Assembly (NCBI GenBank): GCA_000004985.1
Contig: GG738923.1
Origin: Naegleria gruberi
Taxonomy: Eukaryota
DNA length: 64,000 bases
Direction: 5' to 3' (one strand)
In this document: positions 11,635 through 22,874 of the stretch, one piece after another
Numbering within the stretch: position 1 is the stretch's first letter
How the letters are laid out: each line of letters starts with the position of its first letter
The notes under the pieces: generated by a model
What the model was told of the DNA's origin: nothing
The model's database searches: none
Seen by the model: the letters and a program-made list of their open reading frames with translations, nothing else
Made by a program: the position numbers and the translations under genes

Positions 11635-12297
11635 ATGCAACGAGTATTCATTCCCTTCATTGTTGGTTTGTTCTGTTTATTTGTAACTATTCGAAAGGTT
11701 TCTGGAAACAATTCAAACTTTGAGAATTATTCGAAAGTTGAAGATGTAAAACTTCCATTGAATTGTAGTACTAGCATGTCAGTTGTGTTTCCAACTGAAT
11801 TGTTATTGCAATCTTTCTTACATGAAAAACATTCGAATAGCAACTTTACTTCTCTTTGGATAAATTTCATGATCGCCTCGAAAAGGGAAGGAATCGAATT
11901 GGCAGAATTTGGATTAAACTCTCAAAATTCGAATCAAGAATTTCTCTCCTTAATGCAAGAAATGAAAAATAACGCAACCGAAACCAAAACTAAACTAGAA
12001 GAATTACTTTTCACTCTAAATTTACCTACAATGAATGAAATGCAAGCACTAGTCTATGGAAACGATTGTTCTCTAAGGGCAGTTCCATTAGATTCCATTC
12101 GAGGTCCATGCGATTTACTCTTCATTTCAATTCATCGTATGTCCATGACCAAAACCATGAATCTTATGGTTATGGCATTGAACGGAGTTGACCAAAGAGT
12201 TGTTTCGATTGCTTACAATGAATTGATTACTTCTTCAAAAACAATTGGTAAACTTTTGCAGTTATCCAAAAGTTTACAATGTTATCAAACTTTGTAA
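11635..12297 (+). CDS. Secreted protein of a novel family, paralog A
   Basis: A signal peptide, and blocks shared with the next gene (KLPLNCSTSMSVVFP, YGNDCSLRA, RGPCD). Confidence 0.6.
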   Translation: MQRVFIPFIVGLFCLFVTIRKVSGNNSNFENYSKVEDVKLPLNCSTSMSVVFPTELLLQSFLHEKHSNSNFTSLWINFMIASKREGIELAEFGLNSQNSNQEFLSLMQEMKNNATETKTKLEELLFTLNLPTMNEMQALVYGNDCSLRAVPLDSIRGPCDLLFISIHRMSMTKTMNLMVMALNGVDQRVVSIAYNELITSSKTIGKLLQLSKSLQCYQTL

Positions 12298-12457
12298 GAA
12301 GTATTGTAAGGAGAAACAAGGAGTTTCGAATATAAAGTTCCAATTGTAACTCTTTTTTAACATTATTTATGGTATTTTCTATTTTGAAACTTGGTGTTTT
12401 TGCACATTGTTCATTTTGAGTATGTTTTGAAATCCAAATAAATTCTCAAACTTTGAC

Positions 12458-13147
12458 TTGCTATTCGAAACACACAAGAAAATGAAAATAATTCTCATTG
12501 CAACCTGTCTCCTTCTTGGAGCCATCCTTGTTTCCTGCCAGCAACAACAACAACAAGGTACTGATCAAACAAGCTCAACCTCTTCCAATCAATCCAACGA
12601 TATCAAACTTCCATTGAATTGCAGCACCAGCATGTCAGTAGTCTTTCCAGCAGAAATAATTCTACAAGCCTATCTTGAAAGTGACACTGCCAATGTTACA
12701 GCTCTTTGGCTCAATATCATGCTAGCTTCCCAAAAACAAGGTGCCTCACTCACTCAATCAGCCATTTCCAAATATTCCTCCAATTCTCAATTAGTTTCAC
12801 TTTTACAAGAATTGAATGCAAACATGACTCAAATGGAACAACAACTTTCTGGATTATTCTCATCTTTGCAATTGCAACAATTACCTGACATTCAAAATCT
12901 TACCTATGGTGATGATTGTTCATTGAGAGCTGCTACAGTTGATAATTTGAGAGGTCCATGTGATTTTATATTTGTCTTGATTCATAGAATGGCAATGGCA
13001 AAGGTTGTTAACTTGTTGGCCATTTCTGAAGGTGATATTAATCAACAAGTTGGTGATATTGCTTACAATGAATTGGTCAATTCATCCAATACTATTGAAA
13101 AATTATTGCAAATTGCAAAGGCATCCAATTGCTATGCCCAACAATAA
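12458..13147 (+). CDS. Secreted protein of a novel family, paralog B (tandem duplicate)
   Basis: Same architecture and conserved blocks as 11635..12297, with an N-terminal poly-Q tract. Confidence 0.6.
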   Translation: MLFETHKKMKIILIATCLLLGAILVSCQQQQQQGTDQTSSTSSNQSNDIKLPLNCSTSMSVVFPAEIILQAYLESDTANVTALWLNIMLASQKQGASLTQSAISKYSSNSQLVSLLQELNANMTQMEQQLSGLFSSLQLQQLPDIQNLTYGDDCSLRAATVDNLRGPCDFIFVLIHRMAMAKVVNLLAISEGDINQQVGDIAYNELVNSSNTIEKLLQIAKASNCYAQQ

Positions 13148-13254
13148 ACAGCATCTGATTGTTCAATTCACCATTTTTCATACCTGCCCAATATCTCATT
13201 TTACAGTAATGATCCTGCGCTTGTTCCAAATAAAATACTCCAACCCTTTTATAT

Positions 13255-14928
13255 TTGTTCACACTACGGATTCCTTGGTCCGCATTTGCATTCTTTCCGT
13301 ACTTTATTTTTTTTCCAAGTGAATCTTCACTTCAATTGCAGCATGTCCATACCTTACGCATTACCTTACGCCATTTATTAGAATGTCAATTTAATCTTCT
13401 TAAATACCAACACAACATTCTCACTCCTTATTCCTCTAATTTCGAAATTCAAGTCAAAAAAATCCAATCAACTGCAGACGACCTCAAGTTTACAAGCAAT
13501 AACAACAACTTTCAATTTATTCGCACAATATTACATAGCATGAAAAATTTCAAACAATCCCGCGCTTCTTTTTCTTCCTTGATTGCTTCAACAACATCAA
13601 ACACAACACGCACCAATGTTGTTAGTTCTGCTGCTGCTGTTGGTAGCAAGAGAAATATCTTGACTATTCAAAATAGGCTTCCGATTCTTTTAAACAATAA
13701 GAAAAATCAAACATCCACAACATTATCATCAGTATTGATAAACAATATTATCAATAACAGCAATAACAAGTATTACTACAACTACTCGACAACAACACAC
13801 TTTCCAAGAGGAGCTTCCACTCGTTTGCAAACAACATCTTCCGAAGATTCTTGCCATCATACAATTATAACTACAATCATGTCTTCTTCTGCAGATCAAC
13901 AACATCATCACGAACATAATGGCCAATGCTGTGGTGGAAATCATCAACAAGCACAACACTTGACTGTTAACGATGTATCACCTAACACTCTTTCTGGTGA
14001 TGAATCAGAATTCAATTCGGGATCCTCTCATAACACAAAGAAGAAAGTCTCTGGTATTAGTATTAAGAAGAAATCATCTACTTCATCATTGGGTGAAGCA
14101 GGTTGTTCCCATCAAATTGATTATAGTCAACTTAGTGCTGCTAATAATCAAAATCCAAATCTTTCTCGTCCAGAACCATCTGATCCTAATGTTTCTTACA
14201 CCATTGAAGGTTTATTACAAAAGAAACCAGCTGGTATTAATGTACCTATTCAATTCGAAGAAGAATTCACTGAAGAAGAACTTGTTGCTCAACAAAGTTA
14301 TGAAAAGTTGTTGAATAACAATAAGGAATTTGTTTCAGACAAGTTGGGTTCTGATCCTGACTTTTTCAATAGAATCAAGGATGTTCAAAAACCAGATTAC
14401 ATGTTAATTGGTTGCAGTGACAGTCGTGTACCTCCTGATCAATTGACCAAGACCCAACCAGGTCAAATTTTCATTCACAGAAATGTTGCCAACTTGGTTG
14501 TCAATACTGATGTTAATGCCATGTCAGTTTTACAATATGCTGTTGAAGTTTTGCAAGTTAAACACGTCATTGTTATGGGTCACACTCGTTGTGGTGGTGT
14601 TATGGCTGCTTTGACAAACAAGCATTTGGGTTTAATTGACCACTGGTTGAGAAATATTAAGGATGTTTATCGTCTCCACAAGGCAGAAGTTGATGCCATT
14701 GAGGATAAGGATAAAAAGATCCACCGTATGATTGAACTCAATATTATTGAACAAACTCTCAATCTCTGTAAGACTAGTGTTGTACAAAATGCTTGGGCCA
14801 AGGGAAGAACATTACACGTCCATGGTTGGTTGTGTGATATTGAAACTGGTCTCATTAAGGACTTGGAAATTGAAGAAAAGCGTTGGAAGGAAATTGAAAG
14901 CATTTACAAATACGATTTTGAACTCTAA
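13255..14928 (+). CDS. Beta-class carbonic anhydrase with a long N/S/T-rich N-terminal extension. The start codon is uncertain (possibly at 13540 or 13879).
   Basis: The C-terminal 200 aa have the beta-carbonic-anhydrase zinc ligands in context (CSDSRV...HTRCGG). Confidence 0.75.
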   Translation: MFTLRIPWSAFAFFPYFIFFPSESSLQLQHVHTLRITLRHLLECQFNLLKYQHNILTPYSSNFEIQVKKIQSTADDLKFTSNNNNFQFIRTILHSMKNFKQSRASFSSLIASTTSNTTRTNVVSSAAAVGSKRNILTIQNRLPILLNNKKNQTSTTLSSVLINNIINNSNNKYYYNYSTTTHFPRGASTRLQTTSSEDSCHHTIITTIMSSSADQQHHHEHNGQCCGGNHQQAQHLTVNDVSPNTLSGDESEFNSGSSHNTKKKVSGISIKKKSSTSSLGEAGCSHQIDYSQLSAANNQNPNLSRPEPSDPNVSYTIEGLLQKKPAGINVPIQFEEEFTEEELVAQQSYEKLLNNNKEFVSDKLGSDPDFFNRIKDVQKPDYMLIGCSDSRVPPDQLTKTQPGQIFIHRNVANLVVNTDVNAMSVLQYAVEVLQVKHVIVMGHTRCGGVMAALTNKHLGLIDHWLRNIKDVYRLHKAEVDAIEDKDKKIHRMIELNIIEQTLNLCKTSVVQNAWAKGRTLHVHGWLCDIETGLIKDLEIEEKRWKEIESIYKYDFEL

Positions 14929-15119
14929 GTTATTAAAACCCTGTACATATACCACCACCATTATATAAATTATTAAATTTTGCTATTAATTGTATTGTGA
15001 AATGTTTTTTATTGACATTATTATTGACATTTCTATGAAAATTAAAGAATTGAGGAGAAGATAATGACAATTCCTAAACAAGATTTTATTGGAATATTTA
15101 AAGTTCAATGACAGTTGTC

Positions 15120-16028
15120 TTACTTCAAAAAGAGTTGACTATTCTTTTCAACATATTGTTCAAAGGTCAATAAACCAGGGAATAATTCTCTTGCTTCTTT
15201 AACAGCTTGTTGCTCATTATCTTGATAATAGCCACATTCATTAAAGTACATGAACATATTCTTTGCTTCAGAACCCATTCTTTGACCAACAGTTTCGGCA
15301 TCCATTGCAACGTATTGAGTTGGGACATTTAATACTGTAGTGCAAATATCAGCCATTTCCTTAAGGGATACATAATCACCAGCAGTAAGGAGCTTTCTTC
15401 CATTGTAATTTTCTGGATGCTTGAATACTTCAGAAACAACAATTCCCAAATCATCAACTCCAAATACTGGAAGTTTTCTGTCAGTATTCACACCAGCAAA
15501 GATCATGGCACTAGCTCTGTCTTCATTCAATCTGAACATCATTCCAGGAAGATTGTCAGCGAAAAATGGTGGGTAAACAAAAGTCTTGAATGGAATGTTG
15601 GTCTTTCTTGCTTCTTGCTCAACCTTATTCTTGTTAGTGAAATGAGGAACTGAAATTTTACCACCAGATGCCTTAGTGACATCATCCAATGAACTGAAAA
15701 CAAAATGTTGAACATTATTCTTAACAGCTGCTTCAACCAAATTCAATCCTTCGGTCAATTCCTTTTCATGATCAACTGAACCAAATCTTCCTGGAGTTGT
15801 TACACCAAAAACACCATAAGCACCTTTGAATGCCTCTGCAAGAGCTTCCTTATTACTCATATTGCATGAAACAATTTCAACACCTTGTTCGGCAAGTTCT
15901 TTGGCTCTGGCTGAGTTGGAATCTCTGGTAATTCCTCTCAATTTCCAATTGCCTTGCTTTTGAAGATGCTTAATGACACTTCCTCCTTGTTTTCCAGTAG
16001 CTCCAATGACAACAATTAATTTACTCAT
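15120..16028 (-). CDS. NmrA-like NAD(P)-binding protein
   Basis: A GATGKQG Rossmann motif and NmrA-like length (302 aa). Confidence 0.8.
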   Translation of the reverse strand: MSKLIVVIGATGKQGGSVIKHLQKQGNWKLRGITRDSNSARAKELAEQGVEIVSCNMSNKEALAEAFKGAYGVFGVTTPGRFGSVDHEKELTEGLNLVEAAVKNNVQHFVFSSLDDVTKASGGKISVPHFTNKNKVEQEARKTNIPFKTFVYPPFFADNLPGMMFRLNEDRASAMIFAGVNTDRKLPVFGVDDLGIVVSEVFKHPENYNGRKLLTAGDYVSLKEMADICTTVLNVPTQYVAMDAETVGQRMGSEAKNMFMYFNECGYYQDNEQQAVKEARELFPGLLTFEQYVEKNSQLFLK

Positions 16029-16394
16029 ATTGTATACAAATATTTGATTTGTTTTTTTTGTTTTTGTTAATGTTGTTCAATAAGGTGATTGGCTTTTGAA
16101 AGAATTCATTTCTCCCGCTTGTTTTTCTTTCCGTATTTCTTCCACCTTGAGGTTTATTTCTTCCGCTGATACAAATCTTGTCGGAGGAAATGCATAGTGA
16201 AGTAAATGGAGTAACAACAAGTCCATTGGGAAGAACCCCTTCTATATCCTTCCCAAAATGAAATCATTTTTATGGATAGGTCAACTGTGCATATCTTTCA
16301 ATGGTATTGAAATGCAATATCCAACAAATGAAATTTGAAAATCAAAAATATTGAAAGTTGAATTGATAAGGGTAAGAAAAGTTAGTGAAACAGT

Positions 16395-16877
16395 TTATTT
16401 CTTAACTGACTTTTTGGTGTAAACTGGCTTTCTAACCTTATTTTGTGTCTTGTTTTGTTTTCTCTTCAAAGACAAGTCTTTTAACTTTCTTCTGAGATCA
16501 CTGTGCTCTCTATCAGGTGCACAAGCAGCACTCTTGTCTCTGTTATAACATTTACACTTGTTATTACCAACACATCTTCCTCTTCCATAACAGACATTCT
16601 TATCGGTGGATTTCTTTCCGTAACAAGTGAAAACTTCTTCCTTCTTTGGCTTCTTTAAACCAGTAGCTCTACATCTTTTTGGTTCGCTCAATTCTGGGGC
16701 AAAACATTCACACTTGTTATTGCCAACACATTTTCCTCTACGAGAACAGACACCCTTATCAGTGGATTTCAAACCGAAACATGTGAAAACTGGTTCCTCA
16801 GCACTAACAACATTGCAAGCAATGACACCGAGAATGGCTACAAGAACGACAATAAGCAAGCTCTTTCCAAAGAACAT
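16395..16877 (-). CDS. Small secreted Cys-rich protein with two EGF-like modules and a basic tail
   Basis: A signal peptide, then two copies of FTC(F/Y)GxKSTDKxVC...GxCVGNNKCxC. Confidence 0.5.
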   Translation of the reverse strand: MFFGKSLLIVVLVAILGVIACNVVSAEEPVFTCFGLKSTDKGVCSRRGKCVGNNKCECFAPELSEPKRCRATGLKKPKKEEVFTCYGKKSTDKNVCYGRGRCVGNNKCKCYNRDKSAACAPDREHSDLRRKLKDLSLKRKQNKTQNKVRKPVYTKKSVKK

Positions 16878-17807
16878 TTTGAAGAAGTTGTTTTGTTTTT
16901 TTAAAATGATGATGAGAGATGCAACTCTGTCTCCCTCATGAATTTAAAGCTTTTTCAATGTGAGTCATTCACATGACCATTTAAGAGCTTACTGTTTTCA
17001 CATCCATAGAGATATTGAAGGTGGTAAAGAGTAATGAGGGCGACCAGCTGATTTGCATATGAACTGTTGGGTCTACTGGAAGGGTAGAAACAATTTTTAA
17101 CAGAAGCTGTAATATGTTCATGGACAAAAATGATTTTCAGTACGGGGTCGTATCAATACAGAACATAATACTGCTAAATGGTTTACAGTTTTCCCATTTT
17201 GGGGATTCCCGCCCTCTATCTCTGTTAGAAACTTTCACAATCAGTGACCTTATCATTGATTTGGAATGTGTTAGGATGGCAAACATTAAGCAAAATCTCT
17301 TTTCAACACACATGTAACGCCATGATGAAGCTGCATTACATGATGATTCAGAAATTACGCAATTTAAGAAAAAAATCTAATGATGAGGAAGAAGACATAT
17401 AATGTTGGATGTGCATATGATGTTGGTGAGGATACATATGGAAATGAATATTGAAAGTGATAGAACTATCAAGATATTTGAATGATGATTCATGTATTTT
17501 CGAATCGTGAAATATTCCAGTACTTTGATGAGATGTTGCACTAACGAACCAAAGGTAATCAAGTTTAGTAATCAAAATTTTCAATTTGGAAAATTGCATC
17601 TGATGAATTCCTAAAAATAACTTGTTTAAAAAACTTGGAGTATTCAGGAAATAGAATAATTTTCAAAATCTTTTGGAATTTGGTTGGAAGATTTTCTTAG
17701 ATTGCCTTTTTGGTGTTAAAGATTGGAAACAAAGATATCAAACCCATTCAAATTGAGTAGAAAATTGTTTGATCACGAATGGAATTGGAAATTGAAAGGT
17801 ATTTCAC

Positions 17808-17873
17808 AGATGGGGTGGCCTTACCACGATGAATACACCTCAACCAGTCCAACTTAAAATCAACAACGAAGGA
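17808..17873 (+). pseudogene. Degenerate 5S rRNA fragment (5' portion)
   Basis: About 75% identity to positions 1-65 of the intact 5S gene at 18275 (ggccttaccacgatgaatacacctcaaccagtcc). Confidence 0.45.
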
Positions 17874-18138
17874 TATTGTACATAATACTGAAGCACCACA
17901 AATTAGGTTACCAAGTTGAAAAAGATGTAAATTAACTTCAATTCAGTAAATAATTCAAAGATGAAGTTTCAATTTCGAATTGATAAGAAAATGAGAAACC
18001 AAAATTTGCACCAAGCTATTGAACATGTCTAATGTTCAATAAATATGAGGTTGATCAACCTTATCAATTTCTTCAACAAAACCTTACTGAACCAACAAGA
18101 TTCTGTCTTCGTTGCCTTCACTGTTCATACAGTCAAAG

Positions 18139-18186
18139 ACTGTAGCGGGATTGTCGCCATATTCCTGGCAGGCTTCCCGTCCAAAA
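18139..18186 (+). pseudogene. Second degenerate 5S-like fragment
   Basis: tagcggg...gccatat...cttcccgtcc matches the 5S blocks TACGGCCATAT and CATCCCGTCC. Confidence 0.3.
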
Positions 18187-18274
18187 TACTAATTGAAATC
18201 AGTGTCATTAATATTTAACAACAAATTACAACCTGTAACTTTTAAGTTATTATACTAAGAATTTAGATTACAGA

Positions 18275-18394
18275 TGGCTACGGCCATATCACGATGAATG
18301 CACCTCATCCCGTCCGATTTGAGAAGTTAAGCATCGTCGAGCCACATCAGTACTGAGGTTGGAGACAACTTGGGAACCTGTGGTGCTGTAGTCT
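18275..18394 (+). rRNA. 5S ribosomal RNA
   Basis: GGCTACGGCCATATCACGATGAAT...CCCGTCCGAT...AAGTTAAGC...GGGAACC...GTGCTGTAGTC, followed by TTTTT. Helix I pairs correctly. Confidence 0.8.
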
Positions 18395-18447
18395 TTTTGT
18401 CTTAAATACTCTCTGGTTTATGTATTGAACAACTGGCAAAAGGAACT

Positions 18448-18520
18448 CTCCCCCTGGTGGGCTCGAACCACCGACCTGCAGATTAACAGTCTGACGCTCT
18501 ACCGACTGAGCTAAGGGGGA
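18448..18520 (-). tRNA. tRNA-Asn (anticodon GUU)
   Basis: Cloverleaf with a 7-bp acceptor stem (TCCCCCT/AGGGGGA), anticodon loop CTGTTAA and T-loop GGTTCGAGCC. Confidence 0.85.
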
Positions 18521-18607
18521 TCACATCAATTAATTGCACAAATTTTCTATTAAAATCGGTTGCAACCTGCATTGCCACAAATGGTTTTATTCTTTGGTGA
18601 AAAATTC

Positions 18608-19541
18608 AATCAAAAAAATGACTGCTCTCAGAAAATTCATTCGCTCCTATCCCTACACTCAAGAACAAAAAGCTTCACTCATCAATTACTTTTCCAATTT
18701 TCTAAAGGAAGGAAGAGTCTCCATGATGAAGGATGTTCTTGATAAGAGAACAAGATTTATCATTCCGGTTCTTGAAGATGTTCAATCATCACAAAATGTT
18801 TCTGCCATCATTAGAACTGTTGAATGTTTCGGAATGAATGATTTACATATTATTTCAAATCCAGACTCGATGAGTGATAAAAAAGGAATTTCTAAAGGAG
18901 TTGCAAAAGGAGCAACAGATTGGATCAATATTAAGCAATATCAAAATTCGGATGAATGTTTTAAAGAATTAAAAGAAAAGCATAATTGTAGAATTATTGT
19001 TACTTCACCATATTCGATACCACAATTAGTTCTTGGACAGAAGAGAAATTCATGGAGAGAGGATCAACATCCATCTGTTTATAATAATTTGAGAGATGAA
19101 ATTACGGAAAGACATGTTAGAGTTCCTCACTATATTGGAATTGAAAATGTTCCTATTGATTTATTGAATTCAGACAATGATTATGATAAGCCAATTGCTG
19201 TTGTTTTTGGAAATGAATCACATGGAATTTCCAATTCAGCAATTGACCATGCAGATGCTTCTCTTACCATTCCTCTGTATGGTTTTACTGAAAGTTTCAA
19301 TGTTCATGTGAGCACAGCCCTCACCACCTATTATCTCAATGAAAAGTTTAGAAATTATCTCAAGAATAGTGAAACTAAATCATTAGCTGAAAAGTACATG
19401 CTCTCTCCAGAGGAAAAGAATAATACACTTGTTGAATGGATGAGAGAGTGTGTTTCACTGGGTGATGAAGTTGAATTGTCGTTTATGAGAAATAATGGAA
19501 TTTCAATTCCAACTCATTTCTCTTCGGCTCATCAATCCTAA
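18608..19541 (+). CDS. SpoU/TrmH-family RNA 2'-O-methyltransferase
   Basis: SpoU motifs are present (NVSAIIRTVECFG; FGNESHGIS). The start ATG is in an 'aaaaaaaATG' context. The upstream part of the track ORF overlaps the tRNA. Confidence 0.7.
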
Positions 19542-19969
19542 GTTTTAATATTCATTTAAAATATTAAATACATTCCATTGTTTGAATATTCCTTTCGTCT
19601 TAATATGAAGCCATGACAACAATTTAAGTAGTGGCTGTTTCCTATTGAATGCAATCACTTGGACTTTCCAATAACGTCATATTGAAAAAAGAGATCAATT
19701 CATCTCTTAAAAACCATCTACAGTTCATTGAGGTGGTTGTTAATTGACGGTTGGACAATAATAAACCTCAATAACAGTCGATTAAAATCAATATCATCAA
19801 ATTTTTGAAAGGTAATGACAAAACCTCCTTAATCATGAGTCCTTCAATACCAAAGTACTTATTACTGTAATTTCTATCATCAATTTCAAAAAAAAGCAAC
19901 AACTTCGTAAACGTTCTTGTTTGTCCTTGCATTTCTAAATAAAATCTTTGTAATAGTAAAATTTGCGGA

Positions 19970-22152
19970 ATGAGAAGGGAAGAATACAAACTTCATTCAA
20001 ATAACTTTACAAATACTTTATTGGATACTTTGAAAGATGTTATTCCATCATCCTCATCGACCAATAAGAGTTCGGATTTGAGAAGACTCAACGATGTATG
20101 GGCATCCAAATTGAGGTCAACAAGAATTGTAGAAGCAAGTATTTTCAAACAGTAAGTTGAATTTCAAATTGAAAATACAATAATCTCTATTTTAGCTTGC
20201 ATTCTGAATTGGCCAGTCTACCATTTGTGAGTCCTCTCACTCAGCAACATACCAACAAATGTAAAAGTTTCCTCTCTGAAACTCAAACCTCATTCACTAA
20301 TGAAACTTTTTACTTGGGCAGATTATTAGAATTTAGAAAATTGCCACATTTGAAAGATCTTAGAGAAGCAAGTGGTAGAAAGCTATCAACTCCAACAAAA
20401 CCAAGCTCTGACGATTCAGGTCAAGATATGTTCGAAACATTGATTCAATCCTTTGAGGCAGCCGAGCTCTATTCAAAACAAGCAAAAGTAATGACCAATG
20501 ATCAATTGGAAAAGCAAATCAGATATTTCACCTCTCTCATTTCAAAATATGTCAAGACACCAGAAGAGAAGGACAAGCTCAATAATTTAATTCATTCACC
20601 TTCAACAAATGACGTTCAATCTCCAAAAGATACCAGAAATGTGTTCAATGATGTAAATAGAGTACCAGTGTCGAGTAGTTGCCCTTCTCTTGGACCTAAT
20701 AATCGAGTTCACCTAAGTTTAATTCCCCAACTGTCCGAATTATCAATCAATACAATGAGTCCAACAAAATCCAAACAAGTATTTGAGCCTTACTTCCACT
20801 CTAAAGAATTGAAATTATCAGTTGCTGGTGAAAATAGTAAGAATGTATTGGAATTCAAGACTCATTTGAGGAGAGTTATATACCAGTGCTTTAGTGATTT
20901 GGCCTCATCCTATGGAAAGGAGAAGGAAAATGTTGATGATGTGAGATCTTTGGGAGTTCTCTTTGATAGAAATAGAGTCTATCTATTTGAATTCATTCTC
21001 ACAAGAAAATTCATCTCCAACACTAATTCCAACTCTAATAACTCTCAATCGTTACCAACCATTCTAATTGATGCTGTTGGAGTGAATTATACCAATGGTG
21101 GACAAGGAATGGCCCTCATCTTTACCACTCTCTTGCAATATCTTCGTGAGGGATGGAAAATGTTTAAGGAAACATCAGATCCTCTCCATCTGCTTCATCT
21201 CTCCCTCCTAAAGTTTGTCTATCAACAAGCAAAGAGGGAAATTACAACATCAAGCAGTAGCAATTTGAGTAATAATAGTATGATTGCCACTTCCTTACAC
21301 TCTAAATCCACTTCAGATTTGAGTAGTGTGATTGTCAGTTCGGAACCACAGGTTTTGTCTCCATCCTACTCTCCAACAACATTGAATACATCTATAGGAA
21401 GTTTGTTATTCTCTGCTATCAATACAAGTAGTAGTAGCAGCAACAATAGCACCATCAGTCCAGTGAGAAGTAATGCCTTTACATCTGATACTGACATTTC
21501 CTCACCACCTTCACCATTAATGACTGGCCGAATCAATCAAACCACACTCAGTGATAATGCCTTCCTCACTTGTTCTCATGTAAATTCCAATTCTCTCGAT
21601 TTGAGTAATATTTCCTCTCCTCCACCATCCGTTCCACAACATTATGATTTGGGAGTGGCACAAAACTTTGGCTCTCCAACCAATTGTAAATCATCAGCAC
21701 TCTCTGCCGAGCAACAAAGAGCCATCAATTCTATTGCCATTGTTTCGAGAACAGCCTCTACCAAGACTAGTATGCTCCAAGGTCAGAGCAATAGTACTGG
21801 TAATTTGTTCTCCTCACCACCAAATCATCATGTAAATAATAATAATGGTAATTTACCATCACCAAAGAGAATGTTATTTTCAGTTGGTGGTAATCTCTCC
21901 TCTGGCTCTGCATCAACTTCCAGTCTTCCAATTCATTCTAGTGGTGGTGGTAATGCTTCAACAAAGGGAATGAGGCTTCTCCAACGTTCAAAGGCCATTC
22001 TCTCCGATGCTACCAATTTTAATTATTTTGATAAGTTCAAGAATGTTGTATCTCCAGGAGGAACGAATAAGGAGCAAACATCCAGTGGTAGTAACAATGT
22101 GGGAGGTGGTATTAGAGGATTGATGAAGGGAAGAAAACCTCTCATTGAATAA
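19970..22152 (+). CDS. Ser/Asn-rich hypothetical protein of about 715 aa. Two exons, with a 44-nt intron at 20152..20195.
   Basis: A GTAAGT...TTTTAG intron joins ORF 19970..20155 in frame to ORF 20197..22152. Confidence 0.5.
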
Positions 22153-22498
22153 ATTCTCTTTCAATAGAAAATAAATTCCAACAATTTACTATCTAGATGT
22201 ACTTTGAAGATGATCGTGTATATTATCATGATGTTGTTGAATATAACTTGTTGGTGTCTTTGAATATTGTTTTTATTGTACATCTCTAGAAGAATTCTTT
22301 CATCAGCTGGTTTGTTGCTCAAAAATATTCCATTGTAATGTGTACCAGCTACCCACTCAACCCAAATTAATATTGTTTTTCGAAAAAAAAAGTCATAACA
22401 ATCAATATGGTATGTCATCTCATTTTTTACTAGCAGCCTTTTAACCTGTAACCTTCTATTATCAACAACTCTCACCAACAATTTTCAACACTTGACTA

Positions 22499-22739
22499 AT
22501 GATTGTGATAACACTACTTTTGCTAACTACAATAGGACGGTGAAAATCAACCAACCTTGGTCAAGGTCGTTAAATGCCTCGGTAGAACTGGTTCTCGTGG
22601 TGGTATTACCCAAGTCAGAGTCGACTTCATCAACACTGACAAGCCAAGATCCATTATCAGAAACGTTAAGGGTCCAGTCAAAGAAGGTGACATCCTCGCT
22701 TTGCTCGAAACTGAAAGAGAAGCCAGAAGATTGAGATAA
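22499..22739 (+). CDS. RPS28: 40S ribosomal protein S28e. It has a mini-exon (ATGATT), an intron of about 31 nt at 22505..22535, and a main exon at 22536..22739.
   Basis: The main exon encodes [31 protein letters not shown]...[10 protein letters not shown], which is S28e. An in-frame TAG lies immediately upstream, so a 5' intron is required. The intron contains CTAAC. Confidence 0.6.
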
Positions 22740-22874
22740 ATCTTTTCCCTAAATAAAATCTTTAAATTTCATAAAACATTTTTCCTATTGTCTATGTAAT
22801 ATTACGTGAGTAAAATTAGTGATAATTGATTAAACTTTTATTAATAGGCAACAAATACATTCGATAAAAGATAG

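Noticed and set aside
13729-14314. ORFs 13729..13959 (-) and 13973..14314 (+)
   Set aside because: They lie inside, or antisense to, the N/S-rich region of the carbonic anhydrase gene. Low-complexity sequence produces spurious open frames.
17114-17599. ORFs 17114..17317 (+) and 17348..17599 (-) in the gene-poor region upstream of the 5S gene
   Set aside because: No motifs, odd composition and mutual overlap. The region more likely holds non-coding or Pol III-related sequence.
22161-22481. A 106-aa minus-strand ORF upstream of RPS28
   Set aside because: It is likely 3'UTR and promoter sequence with no recognisable protein features.
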